From positions 3,005,130 to 3,069,129 of the forward strand of contig MU054391.1 of assembly GCA_013239625.1 (NCBI GenBank): a DNA stretch of 64,000 nt, read 5' to 3'. Position 1 is the stretch's first letter, and each line of letters opens with the position of its first letter. The notes under the pieces are model-generated. The model ran no database searches. It was not told where the DNA came from and was given only the letters and a program-made list of their open reading frames with translations. The translations under genes and the position numbers were made by a program. Below, piece after piece: positions 12,147 through 23,165 of the stretch. This DNA is from Lama guanicoe. Taxonomy: Eukaryota.

Positions 12147-12508
12147 TGCCCTGAATGTTTGGTACCTCCGAAATTTGTGTGTTGAGACTCTAACTTCCAA
12201 TACGTCGGTATTCGGAAGATGGGCCTCGGGGAGGAAATCAGGTTTATGTGAAGTCATGAGGGCGGGTTCTCCACCGTGGAATCAGTGTCCAGACGAGAAG
12301 AGGAGGAAGAGCCTCTCTCTACCACGGGAAGGCGCCGTGAGGCGGCGGCCCTCTGCAGACCAGGAGGAGGCTCTCCCCAGGGACCGAACCTGCCAGCACC
12401 TTGGCCCCAGACGTCCCAGCGCCCAGCGCTGCGGGAAACCAGCGTCTGCCGCTTAAGCCCCCGGTCCGCGGGGCTGCGTCATGGCAGCTGGAGCCAGCCG
12501 AGGGTCAC
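12147..12508 (+). mobile_element. MLT1A/MLT1A0-like MaLR solo LTR, strongly GC-shifted
   Basis: ctgaatgtttgg...gtcatgagggcggg...gccagcaccttg...ttaagcc...atggcagc is colinear with recalled MLT1A0. Confidence 0.85.
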
Positions 12509-15500
12509 ACACCGAACGTTCCCCTGCAGGGTGCGTGCGACTGCCAGCTCCTGCCCCGCACTGTCATTCTCAGAGAGAATGCCGACCCCAAGTTTTGTCT
12601 GAAAAAATACAGACAGGGTGACACCACCAGGATTAGAAACTGCGTTGGCAGATAAGTGAGACATTGGCCTAAAATGACCAGGCTGTTAAAAAAATTACCC
12701 CTCATGACTTCAACTGGATTATTTTCCTCTTTTCTTTATTGCGAGGCCTCTCCCCGCCCCCCTCCTGCGAAGGTCCGGCCTGGCCAGGGAGCGTTTCGGG
12801 TCTGGCGGGTCAGTAGGTCAGGGCCCTGCTCGCGCCTTCCTTATCCCTTCGAAGTTGTGAACGGTTGTGTCTGAGGGGTTATAATTCACTCTAAAAATGT
12901 TTAATATCTGACTCTTTAGGAAATTGGCTCAGAACCAAAGAGCGATGTTAAAAATAGTGGGAAAGCATATGATGAGTGGCTTTTGCGTGTCTTATTCAGT
13001 CGCAGGGCAGGCTGTAAGTAACTGGAGGTCACTGCCACAGAGGAAACGGGGGCCCACGGGGAGGTCAGAAGGGCATCAACAGTAAGATCAGCCACGGAGA
13101 CGGACGCCCCCCGTCAATGAGGGGGGAAGTGCACTGACCGCGGTGAGTGCACCTGAAATTGAATCCTGGTTCTACCCCTCTAGTCCGTAAATCGTATGCA
13201 AAGTGAGAAACCAAAGCAATAAAGCCCCCTGAGTCCCCAGGTTGGCAGTGCTGATAGCTTCCTGGTAGGGTTAACGGGTGGTGACGTCTGTGGCTGGGGT
13301 GATGCTGGCCTGGAGCTGATCTTGGCGTTTGCTTGTGGGATGAAGGCAGCCAGGACTGAGGGGCACGGGACCCAGGGGTAAGGCAGGGGCCGTGTCTGTG
13401 ACGCAGTCAGGCGTGTCTGACCTAGTCTGCAGGGCCATGCCGCTGGAGAGAGGGGCCAACACAAGCACGTTCCGGGAAGGACTGCTCAGCTGGTGACCCC
13501 CAGGCTGGGCAGCGGGGTGGCAACCAGTCAACATCAAAGTATACTAAGCTCCTTCTGCAGAAGAGCCTCACGTTGGCCCCCAGAACAGGCTGATGTGGGA
13601 CTGGTGGAAATTCTGGGCTGCTCTCCTCCGGGCTGACTCAGTGATCCAGGGTCCTTCCACTCCGTGACATGCCTTCCTCCAACATGTGCCCCCCACGTTC
13701 ACCAGAGCAGGAAAGCAAGAGCACGGAAGGCTGGGCAGTGCGGACCTGGAAACGGTTAACATCATCTCTGCCCACATTTCGTAGACGGAGGAGCTCCGCC
13801 ACGTGGCTCCCACCACACTGAGAAGGAGATGTGTAAAGGCTGACATGGCCCTTTGTATCCAGGGAGGGCCTGGGTGGAGAGCGCCGACCCAGTCTACAAC
13901 ACAGCCCTTCTTCCGAGCACAGTTGCCCCCTTCTCCCCACTCACAGGACACAGCAAGCCCCTCCAGGGGGAGCCCCTCAGCTCCCCACCTGGTTCTAGAC
14001 ATGTCCGCTCTTGCCATCAGGCCCAGATCGGCTCTTCTGATTCTGGCAAAAGATAAACTAAGAATGCAGATTGCCCGCTCCCTGTCCCAACACGCTCCGT
14101 AGGCAAGGGCAGCACAGAGAGAAGAAAGCAGGAGAAGGGAGCAGTGAGAGACACACAGCCACCACATCCTCAGCACAGCCGAGGAGTCCGCTGAGATGAC
14201 ACGTGAAGATTGCCCACCTGGGGTGGGGCGGGAGTTCCTGAGATGGGACCACATTGCTCTCCCCGGAAAAGTTCCCTTCTATCCCATCTTCTGGGGTTCC
14301 CCTGTGCCTCTCTGGGGTCATACTGGGAATGGGCGCTCAGAGGGTGCAGTCTGGGGGTGTCTGTTATCTCCAAATCCTGCCTGTGATTGAGGACAGATTG
14401 AGGATCTGAGGATTTTTTTTAAGTCTTGCACAATAAAATATTTTTTAAATGGACTTACGGTTTCTTTGGCAATCAACTATCTCAAAAATTTAGTTGGATT
14501 CTTTCTGACTTCTTTGCTACTAGTCAGCTCATTTGTCAAGAACTATGCCTATTGTTTCTCAAAATACAGACCCCCTCCTTCTGCTTCACTTCTTTGTCTT
14601 CACCCTGTGTCCCTCTTCTAGCTGAATGTTTCTGCTCTGAGGCAACTGCAGTAGTGGACTGAGATGTGTTTTCAATTCGAGTTTTCACCAAGTCACTGCA
14701 GTCAACTTAAAATTTTTCCTGGGATTTTGTTGCTCAAAGCCATTTAAATTCCATCCCTCACGTTTTAGGACTAGTTGCCAGCTTTTCCAACCCAAACGCC
14801 CTTGGATTTCTGGATGCTCTCCGATCCCTTTCACTTCTTTCACAAATTGCCTTATTTCCTCTTTCTCTTCTTAATACTACTTTTGTTGTGAAAATTTTCT
14901 AAAATGCAGCATGGTAGAAAGAATCTGACAGTGGACCTTCGTGGATTCTGTGAAGTGTTTTCTGTATTTGATGTATCACGTCTCTGTCCATCTTGACCCC
15001 TCCTGCACTCACCTCTTTCTTGTAATACCTTATAAACACGGCCAGTAACAGGCGGCACACCGACACGCTCTGATCCGTCCGGCCGTCTCTGGAGGCGGCA
15101 GGCTGAGTGGAGCCCGGCCTGCCATCCCAGCCGCAGGTGAGGTTAAGCAAGCCGTTTCCCACTACATAGCCTGTCTCCATCTTTCCGGTCCCTGAAATCA
15201 ACTTTCTGCTACTCAAATACTTACACGTGGTACCTATTCTAGTTTTTTATGATAATAGACCTGGATTTCAGTGTGTTGACTTCCAGCAACCAAATAACGT
15301 TTAGGGAAAAATAAAAGCAAAAATCCTGGAAATCAAAATGTTAGTTATGACTCAACGGGAATTTCTGCCGGCTCGTGTCATGGCTCCATGCAAGTCAGAT
15401 GGCTTTTCCTGGCCGTGGTTCAGGCCAGTGTCTCAAGGGTGGTGGGTCTCTCCAGTCTCATGCCACGGCTGTCTTCATGGAGAACACTTGGAAGCCGGGG

Positions 15501-15662
15501 TAGCACATTTTATTGCCAGGTATGGATATATATGGATGTGTATGGATGCGGTACACACCCTGTGGCTGGAATCCAGACAAATTCCCTGCCCCACTGCAGG
15601 AGGCCCCGGGGCACAGCCTCCCTCTTTCTATGTGCCCAAGAAGAGGAAATTGGATGGGTGCA

Positions 15663-15935
15663 TGTATTGGTTTCCCGGGTCGGCCAAAGAACCACAAACT
15701 GGGTGACTTGAAATGACAGAAATGTATTCTCGTACAATTCTGGAGGCCAAACGCCTAACGCCAAGGCCTCGTGGGTGCGCTCGCGCCGAGGCTCTCGGGC
15801 AGGATCCGCTGAGCCCTTTTCTCTTCGCTTCGTGTGATGCCACCTGTGCCCAGCAGTCACTGCACCCCACAGACACCTGCTGAGCGGCCGGCCGGGGCTC
15901 ACGTGCGGCTGTCCTTCCATGTGCCGGCCGCCCTG
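15663..15935 (-). mobile_element. MLT1C-like MaLR LTR fragment
   Basis: tgtattggtttcc...accacaaactgggtgacttgaaatgacagaaatgtattctc...ttctggaggcc is the typical MLT1 reverse-strand start. Confidence 0.8.
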
Positions 15936-16286
15936 GTGAACTCAGGAGCCCGCTTCCCCGGCTCCCGCCTGGCGTCTCAGCACCGGGTACACGCGGGTTT
16001 GCCAAACCAGCAAACACGTGAACTAGTAAATCAGTGAGCGGGTGATTCTCAGGAAGCAGGGTGCTCCCTGAGAGGCTCCTCGAGAAATAATTAGGTCAGG
16101 TGCCCAGGGGTGCACCCAGCCCGTCGGACCGGCTGCATAGCCTTCCAGTAAAGGCACTTCTGCTTTAACTGATAATATTTCCATTAGAAAAGCCATCATG
16201 TAGGTTCAATCAATGAAATGAATACAGTGACAATATTTTCTAAAACAACCCAGGATATCTACTTGACACTATATAAATATGTATGT

Positions 16287-16447
16287 GGGGGGGAGGGTTT
16301 AGCTCAGCGGTACAGCACATGCTCAGCCTGCACGAGGTCCTGGGCTCAATCCCCAGCTTCTCCTCTAAAAACAAACAAACCTAATTACCTCCTCCCACCA
16401 AAATAAACTGATTATATGATACATAATAAACAAATAAACTATTTTTA
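16287..16447 (+). mobile_element. Camelid vic-1-like SINE
   Basis: ggggagggtttagctcagcggtacagcacatgctcagcctgcacgaggtcctgggctcaatcccc plus tail ctaattacctcc; degenerate TSD aaatatgtatgt / aaatacgtatat. Confidence 0.9.
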
Positions 16448-16699
16448 AAATACGTATATATATGACACTATGTATGTGTGTGTATATATAAAACCTAAGA
16501 CCGATTGTGTTTAAAAAGAGGCACATTTTCCACTTGGTGTTGTGATAGAAGGTAAATTTCTCCTCTAGTCTTTTTCATTAAAATATTACTTTGTTTTAAT
16601 TAGCTATATATACACATACACATCCATTTGACACTATAAATATATACATCGTATATAAAATGTCAAAATTCTATTAATACACACCAGTTGTCTCATGAA

Positions 16700-17215
16700 A
16701 TCTTAGTGGAAGGCAATTTGGCTGCAGGGACCAAGGCCTGTTGAAAATTTTAAACACTTTGACCTGATCGTTTTATTGCTGACAGCGTGGCCTAAGAAAT
16801 TACCCAAAGAACTGAATCGCCTTTCTGTGCAAGTGTTTCTTGCAGCATACGTGTAACTGAAAAGCTGCAAGCAGTCTGAATGTCCAACAATAGGGTAATG
16901 AGGGTCCCAGGGAAGTAAGTTACGAGGAGATAATTCTGCAGTCATTTAAAGCATGTTTACGGTAAGTTTGTAATAACAATATGAAAAGATTTATATTATA
17001 ATAAACAATAAAAGAACAGGAGGCAAAGTTACAGTCTGATGACATCCATATTAAGTATCAGTAAGTCTCTACACACAACTTGGAGTGACAGTGCACACAA
17101 ACGCCAGTCGTTATTGTTTCTGGAGCGTGGCACTGCGCTGATCTGACAACTTCTTGTTCCTGCTTTTCTTTGTTTTCCGAATGTACAGCACTGAGTATTT
17201 TGTAATGGGAAACGT
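16700..17215 (+). mobile_element. Ancient L1ME-like 3' end
   Basis: ggaaggcaatttggc...tttgacc...gtttcttgcagcat...ctgaatgtccaacaataggg motifs of old L1. Confidence 0.6.
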
Positions 17216-17484
17216 CATAAGCACTTAGAAGTACAGACACAAATGAGGTAAAAAATTAAAATTAAAAATATGAAGTGACATTAAATGTTACATTTACTAA
17301 AAAGAATATCATAAAATTCTCACTGCCTCAGAACACTCCGAGCACACACTCAATCCTCGCAGGGGCCTTAGTCAGAGTAATAAGTTCAGATGTCATGATT
17401 TCTGAATTTCGCACAGTCTTTGACTCATTTGCAGAGGTCTGTGGTGGAGAATGCCAGCAGTGAGCCTCATCAGAAATTCTAAAT

Positions 17485-17584
17485 TATGTTCCCACCAGCA
17501 GCATAGGAGGGTTCCCTTTTCTCCACACCCTTTTCAGTGATGGCCATTCTGACTGGTGGGCTTGCAAAAAAAGAAAAAAAAAAG

Positions 17585-17622
<38 letters not shown>

Positions 17623-17623
17623 C

Positions 17624-17654
<31 letters not shown>

Positions 17655-17655
17655 C

Positions 17656-17686
<31 letters not shown>

Positions 17687-17687
17687 C

Positions 17688-17718
<31 letters not shown>

Positions 17719-17719
17719 C

Positions 17720-17766
<47 letters not shown>

Positions 17767-17828
17767 GAAGGAAGGAAGGAAGGAAGGAAGGAAGGGAGGA
17801 AGGAAGGGAGGAAGGAAGGAAGGAAGGA
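17485..17828 (+). mobile_element. TSD-flanked short retroposed insertion: antisense L1 ORF2 fragment plus poly(A)-derived (GAAA)n(GGAA)n tail
   Basis: TSD agaaattctaaat (17472-17484) / agaaattctagat (17829-17841); body tcccaccagcagcataggagggttcccttttctccacaccc...gatggccattctgactggtg is antisense L1. Confidence 0.75.
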
Positions 17829-17830
17829 AG
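17566..17830 (+). repeat. Compound microsatellite A-run / (GAAA)n with GCAA variants / (GGAA)n
   Basis: Direct reading; GCAA at 17622, 17654, 17686, 17718. Confidence 0.97.
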
Positions 17831-20059
17831 AAATTCTAGATACAGGCATTCTCAGGCCACCTCCTGGGCCAGGCAGGTCACGTTGCCGACATGCAGTTCC
17901 TCCAAAGAGCTCCGTCTCTCGGTTCTCAATTACCTGTCCCTCTCACCGTGTCAGCTCCGCCAGCTCATATGAGCTCTGACAAGATAAATGTTGGCAGGCG
18001 AAGATGAAACAGACTGACAGCTGCTGCATTCAAACAGGTCACTTAGAAAGGAAGGGGGTTTCACAACATTAACATCAGAGCAGCCATTTTAAATGTCAAT
18101 CTCCCTCCGCCACTGATGGAAAAAACATATTCTCTTGTTTCTTATTCCGAGCTGAGGCCTGACGTGGCCAAATGAGGCGGAATGTCACTCAGGGAGGCTG
18201 GATGCCTAACACCAGTTGTGTTTAGAAAGAAGCACATTTTCCACCCAGCGTTGTGATAAAAAGTGAAGCTCTCCGGTCTCTTTTCCTCTCTTTTTATTAA
18301 AATACTACTTTCAGTTTTAATTAGCAACATCTCACACGTCCTGGATGTCAAATATCAGGTGCAGAGAACCAGAAATGGCTGTAAAAAAAAAAAAAAAGGA
18401 GGGGGGAAAAACCCAGTCTGATCATTTGTCATGCCTGCCCGTCCTACAGAAGCTGATAAAATTACTCTTTTTTTTTTAATAAAGGTCATTTGCTTTTTCT
18501 GAAAAACAGAAAAAGAATGTTGCGTAGTGCGTTGTTTTGAGGGTTAAGACACCACCACATACAGATTAGCACAGAGCAGATTTGAATACATATCAGCAAG
18601 AAAGATCACCAGTTTAGAGATTTGAGAAGATTTTGAAAATCTTTGGGTATCAAACATTTGCTAGGTTTTAGCTGCCTCTCCTTGTAGAAGTATTTATCTT
18701 TTCACAGGACAAGAAGCAAAGGCTTCCAGACTGGAACCCTTTCTCTGAGCCGCATGTCTGGTGTTTCATGATGCTTGCATCACCTTTCGGGCAGCCCCCT
18801 GCCCCCAGTCCTTCCTCATCCTGCTGTGTTGGATTATATAGTTAAAGCAAATAGTCCAGCCACGCTGACGTCTCACTTGAGGCTTCTCTGTCATTGAAAT
18901 TTCCTAAGTACTGGCAGCAAAGTCCACAGACAGAGTGAACAGGAAATACATACATTCAACCCATATCTTCTTTTCATCTGTAACTCTCCTCCTTTCTTTT
19001 TTAAGAACTTTGAAAATGATTCGCATGTCTAGCCCTTGATTATCTTCCTGCATAATTAGGATGACTTTCTATTTTGAACACTTAAATCTGTTTGCATCTC
19101 GACAGGTTGCAACTTCCAGAAAAATCTCTGTGTTAAGAGATGTTCAATAAGAAAGATACAGATGTTTTTGGCTGAAATTCTGCAATATTGTGCCAGGGGA
19201 GATAACTTTATAATGAGATAGCTAAGCTTCCTGCAAAGATGGGATCTATGTTCACTTCTGCAGGATCTCTTCTGTGTCTCCTGGCTTCTTTGAGATGCTT
19301 CTGCAGAAGGCATTGGGGGTGGGGGATTTGGAATCAGAAGTCAGGGCCTCACATACTTGAGAACTGAAAGATTTTTCCTCCAAAGCTGGCTTCCTGCTGG
19401 CTGATACCAAGGCCATTCATTATGCAAAACCATTAGTCACATCGCATTACTTCTGCAATCAGGCGTTTGATGATCAGTCTTAAACCTAAAAAAAAAAAAA
19501 AAGAAAAAGAAAAAACAAGATGACAAATTCGCCTGGTCCATTGTACTTCTGTGGTGTTTCTCACTGTTGCCCACTCCTCTCTATTCTGAAAGGCATTGCT
19601 CTATTTTATGCCCTTGCCATTTTTTCTTGACAATTATTACAGCCTTTTCATTGGTCATCCTGTCTTGCGATCTCTGCTTTCTAGAAGCATCTTCCGGTCC
19701 CGGCTGCCACAGTCATGCGCCTGGACGCCCCAAGGACTCCACAGACCCCGCCGCTTAAACTCTTCCTCCTGCGCTGGATTCTCAGTCTGTTGGCTTCTCT
19801 TCCTAATCTGTCTCTAAATGCCGGTCTCCCAGGGACAAGGGCCCCCTGGTCCATGCCTGCGTTCTCATAGCAGCTCACAGAACCCCCTGAGACAAGACCC
19901 TTCACCTCCTCCAGTTCTGATGCCCTTGGAAAGGCTGGAAACAATGATTTACAATATCACTGGCAAATAAAAAACATGCTGTCATTCAGGATTCATGAAG
20001 GATGAAGGAACAGGTCCCCTTCTATCTAAAAGGCCAAAGGAGAGTCCCACCAGAGCTTT

Positions 20060-20340
20060 AGAAACTGCATCGCTCTGCGTGGGAGCCTCCGAGGTCTTTG
20101 GCTCGGTGGGCGCAGCCCAGGAGTTTCCACGGATGCTTTCCTCACTTCCGGCGTTGTGCTCAGGCCGGTCCGCCATCCCCGCTGCTTCCTCTTCTGGGCG
20201 GGAGGGGCTCGGGGATGCGGCGCAGAGCACGTGGTGCTTGTCCGTCCGCGCGTTGCCTTGGAAACGGCTGGTGGGGAGGCAGGCTTTCTCCTCATTAGCA
20301 GGCCCGTCCACTTACGGCGGATTTTCTCCTAGGTCCCTCC
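20060..20340. promoter_or_regulatory. CpG-rich promoter/enhancer-like patch
   Basis: Dense CpG; ETS core cacttccgg 20143-20151, GC box gggcgg 20196-20201, E-box cacgtg 20228-20233. Confidence 0.4.
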
Positions 20341-23019
20341 TGCTATTTATGCCACTTAAAGGGACCTTAAAAAACCTTTCCCTATTTGTGAAGAAGAATA
20401 AAAATGACATTTGGCCCGGCCCTCAGTGTTTAAAATCCTAACATCTAATGTGTGGTTTCGGTAGTAATGCCCATTCACAGAAAGCCCTCAGCAGCACATC
20501 CTTCTGGTCTCCATGGATTCCAAGGCTTTATAATGATATATTTTCACCCTCTTTTATTCTTTCATCTCCTCCTTTTCTTCATATTCCACCGTCGGAGATT
20601 TACTGCTTCTTAGCTTGTTCACGATTTCAGTGCTACGTACAGTCAGGTACCTGGGTCCCTCCTGTGGGTTTAATAAATCATCAATGCTCCGGCTTGGGAA
20701 TCTGCAGAGCAAATTTCCCCAAATGAATAAATGAAAAAAAAAAAGATATATAAGAAGATGCTTTGTAAATGGTGAAGCGTGGTTTAGACGCGGAAAATTG
20801 TTGTAAGAATAAAAACCGCCCAGTGCTTCCGACACCTGGCACCCTTATTTTTCACAACAGAAGACTGAACGTTTGAAATGAGATCTCTGGTTTTCAAAGC
20901 GTATTCTGAGCACTGTTTTATTTAATTCCATTCAACCATTGTGCACTGGGTGTGGGGTGCTGATAACGCCTTCCCCGCGCCCCTTGCCGCCCTGTGTGAC
21001 CATGGCGACTGAGCAGGGCTCCCGGGGGAGTCTGAGTGGGGCTGACACATGCCTCTTTCAGATCCCGAGACTTTAGAAGCAAGAGCTCTCTCTTCCCTTC
21101 TGTCAGCTTCCTGTGGGACCAGCAGGGCTCTAAGCCCTGGTGGAGTCACATGACGGGAGCTGCCCGGCCCCTCCGTGCTGAGCGCCCCGACGCGGCTGAG
21201 CGCAGCGCTTTCTGAGGCGGGGGCCCGGGGCTCTGGCTGCTTCCGAAGCACGCTCTGCCCTTTGCTCCTTTCTCTGAGTCAAGGAGGCCGAGGCTGTGCG
21301 GGGGATGCCCTTCTTCTCACAGATGTGAGCTCCTGCTTATGTGTCTGCTTGTTTCATTTTTAGTCAGCATCCCCCCTAATTCATCTTTTTTTCCCCTTAA
21401 ATCAGACAATCCCCGCTCTTCGGGGTAATTTTTTCTGAAAAGTCGGGTCCTTTGTGTACTGCCGCGTCTCTATAGATATTTGAAAGGTAAGAAGGGGGCA
21501 GATGAATAAGGTGTGACCGACTGACCTGTCGTCACCACGGCCCGGAGTAGTTCCATAGATTATTTGCTAATATTCACAAATGCATTCAAGTGCGTATTGA
21601 ACCAATTTTATTTAGCAAATCGAAAGTCCCTGAATTTACTGCCCTCTGGCTGCTGGCTCCTCTTCCAGTGGGAGAAGAATAGTCTCCCCTCCTGCTGCTG
21701 TCACTGGGATGCGGAGGGAGACGCTGACAGGGCACAATCCGGTGATGAAGCTTGGGGGGGGGGAGGGGGGAGGAGCGCAGGAGTGAAAGGATGAGCCCAG
21801 GCGGGGAGCTGGCTGCGCAGGCCCCGACGGGGTCGTCTCCCTGCTGCCGGGGCTGGACGGAGGCAGATGCACGAGGGTTGGTTTCCTAACCAGTACTGGA
21901 AGGAAGAGAGGGAGAAGATCCCTCGAGGTGAATGAAGAGAAAGGGGCGACGGAGGGGGGAGGAGCGGGGGCAGAGACCGGAGTGAGCTGGAGGAGAGTCC
22001 CTGGGCTGAGAAGATGGGGGCTCAGAATGGGGTGTCATTCTTGTCTCCATGTGCGCGGGCAAGGCCAGTAAGCCACAGTTGCTGTCGTGGGTCCCCGGTG
22101 CTGCCAGCCCAGCTGTCTCAGGGCTTAACTGGTGAGTGTAGGCGCTCCCAGCGCAGCAGCAGGAGGCTCCTGGCCACTTAGTGAGCCTCTGGAGGGCTGG
22201 ACTTCCTCTTTCCTGCAGCTCTCGGTGGGATGAATTCCTCTAAGAGAAACACTAAACTGGGGCTGCATCAGGGCCAAGGAATGAGGACATTACACTAGAC
22301 GTGAGGAAGCGGCCACTCACGGTACAGGCTGGGCAGCTGGGAGACCGGCCCCCCCGGGGTCCAGGCAGGGGAGGTGGCTGCTGCCCTAGCCCCAGGTGGA
22401 GGCAAGGCCCTACTGGTGAGCAGCAAGGGACCCCCGGGGGAAGAGCCCCTCTGCTGGGGGTGGGGAGGGGGCTGCGAATGCCCCGGCAGATGTGCCCTCA
22501 GGATTCTGGAGCTAGAAGGGGTCCTTAGAGGTGGTCAGTTCTGACTCAGCTGCTGCTTCTCCAGGTGAGATGCCAACTGAGGCTCAAGGAGGTGGGCCGT
22601 CTCCTCAAGCCCAGAAGCTTCGGCCAGGGTCCTGACTCCCTGGCCAAGCAGCCCCCAGCCCCCAGCTGGCTCAGCACAGAGTGCGCTGCGTTAAGGGGAG
22701 GGGGATGGCAGTGCAGGCGGCAGGGCTGGTGCGGGTTGTGTTGTCAGGGCAACGGGGAGTGATGGGAGTCCCGCAGGGAGCTGGGGCTCTGAGGCCTGGG
22801 AGGCAGAACGGGCAGAGACCACGGGCCGTGACCCCTCCGGGAGGAAGAGCAGCCTTGGGTGAGTGCCAGCCCCCGCAGGGTCTCAGGTTCAAGGACAGCG
22901 AAGCACACTGAAGCCATCCTAACTCACTCTGTTGTAATTGAGAAGTTGAATTGCGATTCAACTTCTTTCCTGTTTCATTCCGAAATCAGTTTTCCCTGTG
23001 GACATCCAGCCTTTGAGCT

Positions 23020-23165
23020 AGAAAGGCCGTGGGCTTCGGCTTCAGACCCGTCAAGGTTGGAATCCCAGCCCCACCTCTCCAGTTTCGGGGAAGCTGCTTT
23101 TCCTTGTGAGCTTCAGTTTCACAAACAATAAATGGGGACCACATCGCTCAGATCATGTAGGTGCT
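23020..23165 (+). mobile_element. MIR fragment
   Basis: gtgggcttcggcttcagac...ggttggaatcccagcccc...gagcttcagtttc...taaatgggga. Confidence 0.65.

Noticed and set aside
17622..17750. Regular 32-bp periodicity as a CRISPR-like array
   Set aside because: No unique spacers, eukaryotic context, simple tandem repeat
17479..17972. Four ORFs of 80-138 aa (KERK- or FLSF-rich)
   Set aside because: Translations of the (GAAA)n/(GGAA)n microsatellite
21754..21775. G-run cluster with G-quadruplex potential (also near 10095-10139 and 57100-57126)
   Set aside because: Common in GC-rich mammalian DNA and L1 3' UTRs, with no functional context visible
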